Positions 62,074-64,000 of a stretch of 64,000 bases of DNA are shown here, in pieces (the first letter of the stretch is position 1; each line of letters starts with the position of its first letter). Origin of the DNA: Nageia nagi. Its lineage: Eukaryota > Plantae > Pinophyta. The stretch is taken from NCBI GenBank assembly GCA_050084985.1, contig JBITNC010000001.1, forward strand, positions 197,222,001 through 197,286,000, given 5' to 3'. Position numbers and translations under genes: made by a program. The notes beneath the pieces were generated by a model. It worked only from the letters and a program-made list of their open reading frames with translations, ran no database searches and was not told the origin of the DNA.

Positions 62074-62759
62074 TTTTTAATTGTTTTTTTCATTTTTCAT
62101 GGTGCAAAATAATTTTGTAGTAAAATTTTTTTTAATACAATCTTCAATCATTTAGAAGAACCAATGATGTGTTTTGAATAAAATTATTTTGAATCTTGTG
62201 AATATCAACCATCCTAGTATCAAGATTAATTTTAAATTAAAACTATTGACAACTTCAACAAATTTTCTATCTGTGACACCATAACTTTGTAGATCGATTC
62301 CTATATCATAGGAAACTGAATATTTAAGTGCTCTAAATGGTATTTATTTGATAAAAACTATTGAGTTTCTCTATGTACTTTTTGAAAGTAGAGAATGAGA
62401 AATGTTATCCATGAAATTATTATGAAATCTTAGTATTAAAAGCTTCCATGTAGATAGGACTTATGCAACAACTAATAAATCTATGTTCAATGAATATTTA
62501 ACATCAAAAATGCAAATAAGAGTTGATTCCAAAGAAATAGTGGAGTCAAATTAGTAAATAATACTCTTTATAGATCTAATATAAATCTAGAGTTGAAAGT
62601 TTAAAGATAATGTCATAAATTTTATTAAATAAATTCATTGTGCAATAAGTTAAAAGTATAATTCTTTGTGATTGTAAATTTGCTATCTATATAAAATTTA
62701 ATATAGATATTGATTTGTTATTTGATTGGTTAATAATGGATTACACTCCTATGTAATAT

Positions 62760-63012
62760 TATTAATGGATTTATCAATAGTTTGTTGTGGTGATAACCAC
62801 TTTCTTGTCATTTTGTGCATTTTACCTTGATGCATGGTTGGTATGCTATTGTACATTAGTTTGTATTTGCCCTATTTATTTGGGCTCCATTCTCATTCCG
62901 TAGTGAATTCAGTTTGAGGATTTCAACTTCTCTCTCATTCTTGTGGTGCTCTTGCATTTCATTTTTCTGGGTGTGATTTGCTCTCCTTGCAAATCTTCAC
63001 ATGGTATTAGAG
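62760..63012 (+). mobile_element. Degenerate LTR end plus tRNA-iMet-like PBS (Copia-like)
   Basis: ...CTTCACA followed by TGGTATTAGAG at 63002. CTATTTA TATA-like site upstream. Left boundary uncertain. Confidence 0.5.
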
Positions 63013-64000
63013 TTTCTTAGATTTTTGCAAGCAACTAGACTCATTGTGAAGCTCTCTCAGATTTGGTTCTTCTCGTGGGTGTCTTGTGCTCTCCTCCTCA
63101 CGAGTTTGTGGATGTTGGTGTGATTGTTTTTAGGCCCCTTTGCTAGATGTAGCCCTCCTTTTGTGTGTTTTGTGATGAGAGAACATTGCCATTGGTTACC
63201 GCTCCTTATGCATTTTTGTGGTCTCGATCTGCTCCAACAGTCCTCCTGCTCATGATCTATCTTCACGTTGAGCACCTTTGCTTACGATCTGCACTTGTTT
63301 TGAGGCGTTACTAGTGGCATCTTAATCTGCAGTCCATTGCTGGACTCCCTCCTTGTAGCATCTCTTCAACTTGTCACTTCCAGCTTCTAGCTTGACGTCT
63401 CATCCATATCTAGCCCTGTGTGCTCTCTAGCTGCTCAAGATTGGGGTGCTTCTCCACTACGACTGAAGATCCCTCTCAACGTTGCTAGCCACCCAACTCT
63501 CTACAAATTTGCAATTCCATCTGCCAACATGGGAGCTCCTCTTCACCCTCAGAAGGTGCTCTCTCTCTCTCTCTCTCAGGCTTCTCTATCCTCAGGCCCT
63601 GTTGTCTCTTGGCCTCCACATCTGCTGGGTATGTTCCCTTTGCTTGATCCTAGATCGATGCCCTCCAGGATCCTTTCCTCTCCTCTACGTGGCCCATTCT
63701 GGTTTTTAGTGGGTGGCTCTACAAAATCCTTCGCCTTCGCTAAACCATTTGCATGTTTAAATAAAATTTTTGAAATAGCAATAGTTTTTTGAAATTAAAA
63801 AAAAATAAGTATTTATTTAATTTAAAAATTATATAAATACTTTATTCTTTCTATAGTTTTGGGGGGCTATTTAATTAAAATTCGAGGCAATCACATTTAA
63901 TTGTGTAACTTGGGCAAATGGACTCCGTTTTGGGGTGTCATTTTTTGCATTGTAAAGCTGGGATTGAGACCTTTTAAGCCATTTGCATTATAAGCCTTGA

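Overview
Eukaryotic, repeat-dominated plant DNA. The TE types and the giant intron suggest a gymnosperm/conifer (inference). The only recognisable host gene is a two-exon HCF153-like gene: exon 1 at 2162-2479, exon 2 at 61570-61692, 146 aa, ending RNRPKREE. Its single ~59 kb intron is filled with nested transposons. These are: two related ~6 kb Ty3/Gypsy LTR-like units that each carry a decayed ~1000-codon gene and an array of hairpins; several non-autonomous gag-protease LTR elements with a tRNA-iMet PBS; a hAT DNA transposon; a SIRE-like Copia solo LTR with a 14-bp tandem array; and a young pol-less LTR element (tRNA-Trp PBS, intact gag) carrying an antisense, intron-containing plant-mobile-domain (PMD) gene. 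Best candidates for something new: (i) giant LTRs that appear to contain a whole transcription unit, so that even a solo LTR delivers the gene; (ii) the PMD element with a private palindromic motif GGACCGC-NN-GCGGTCC spaced ~30-31 bp apart in its LTRs and around its PMD gene, a possible TE-encoded protein/cis-motif anti-silencing module. All calls were made by eye; no database searches were run.
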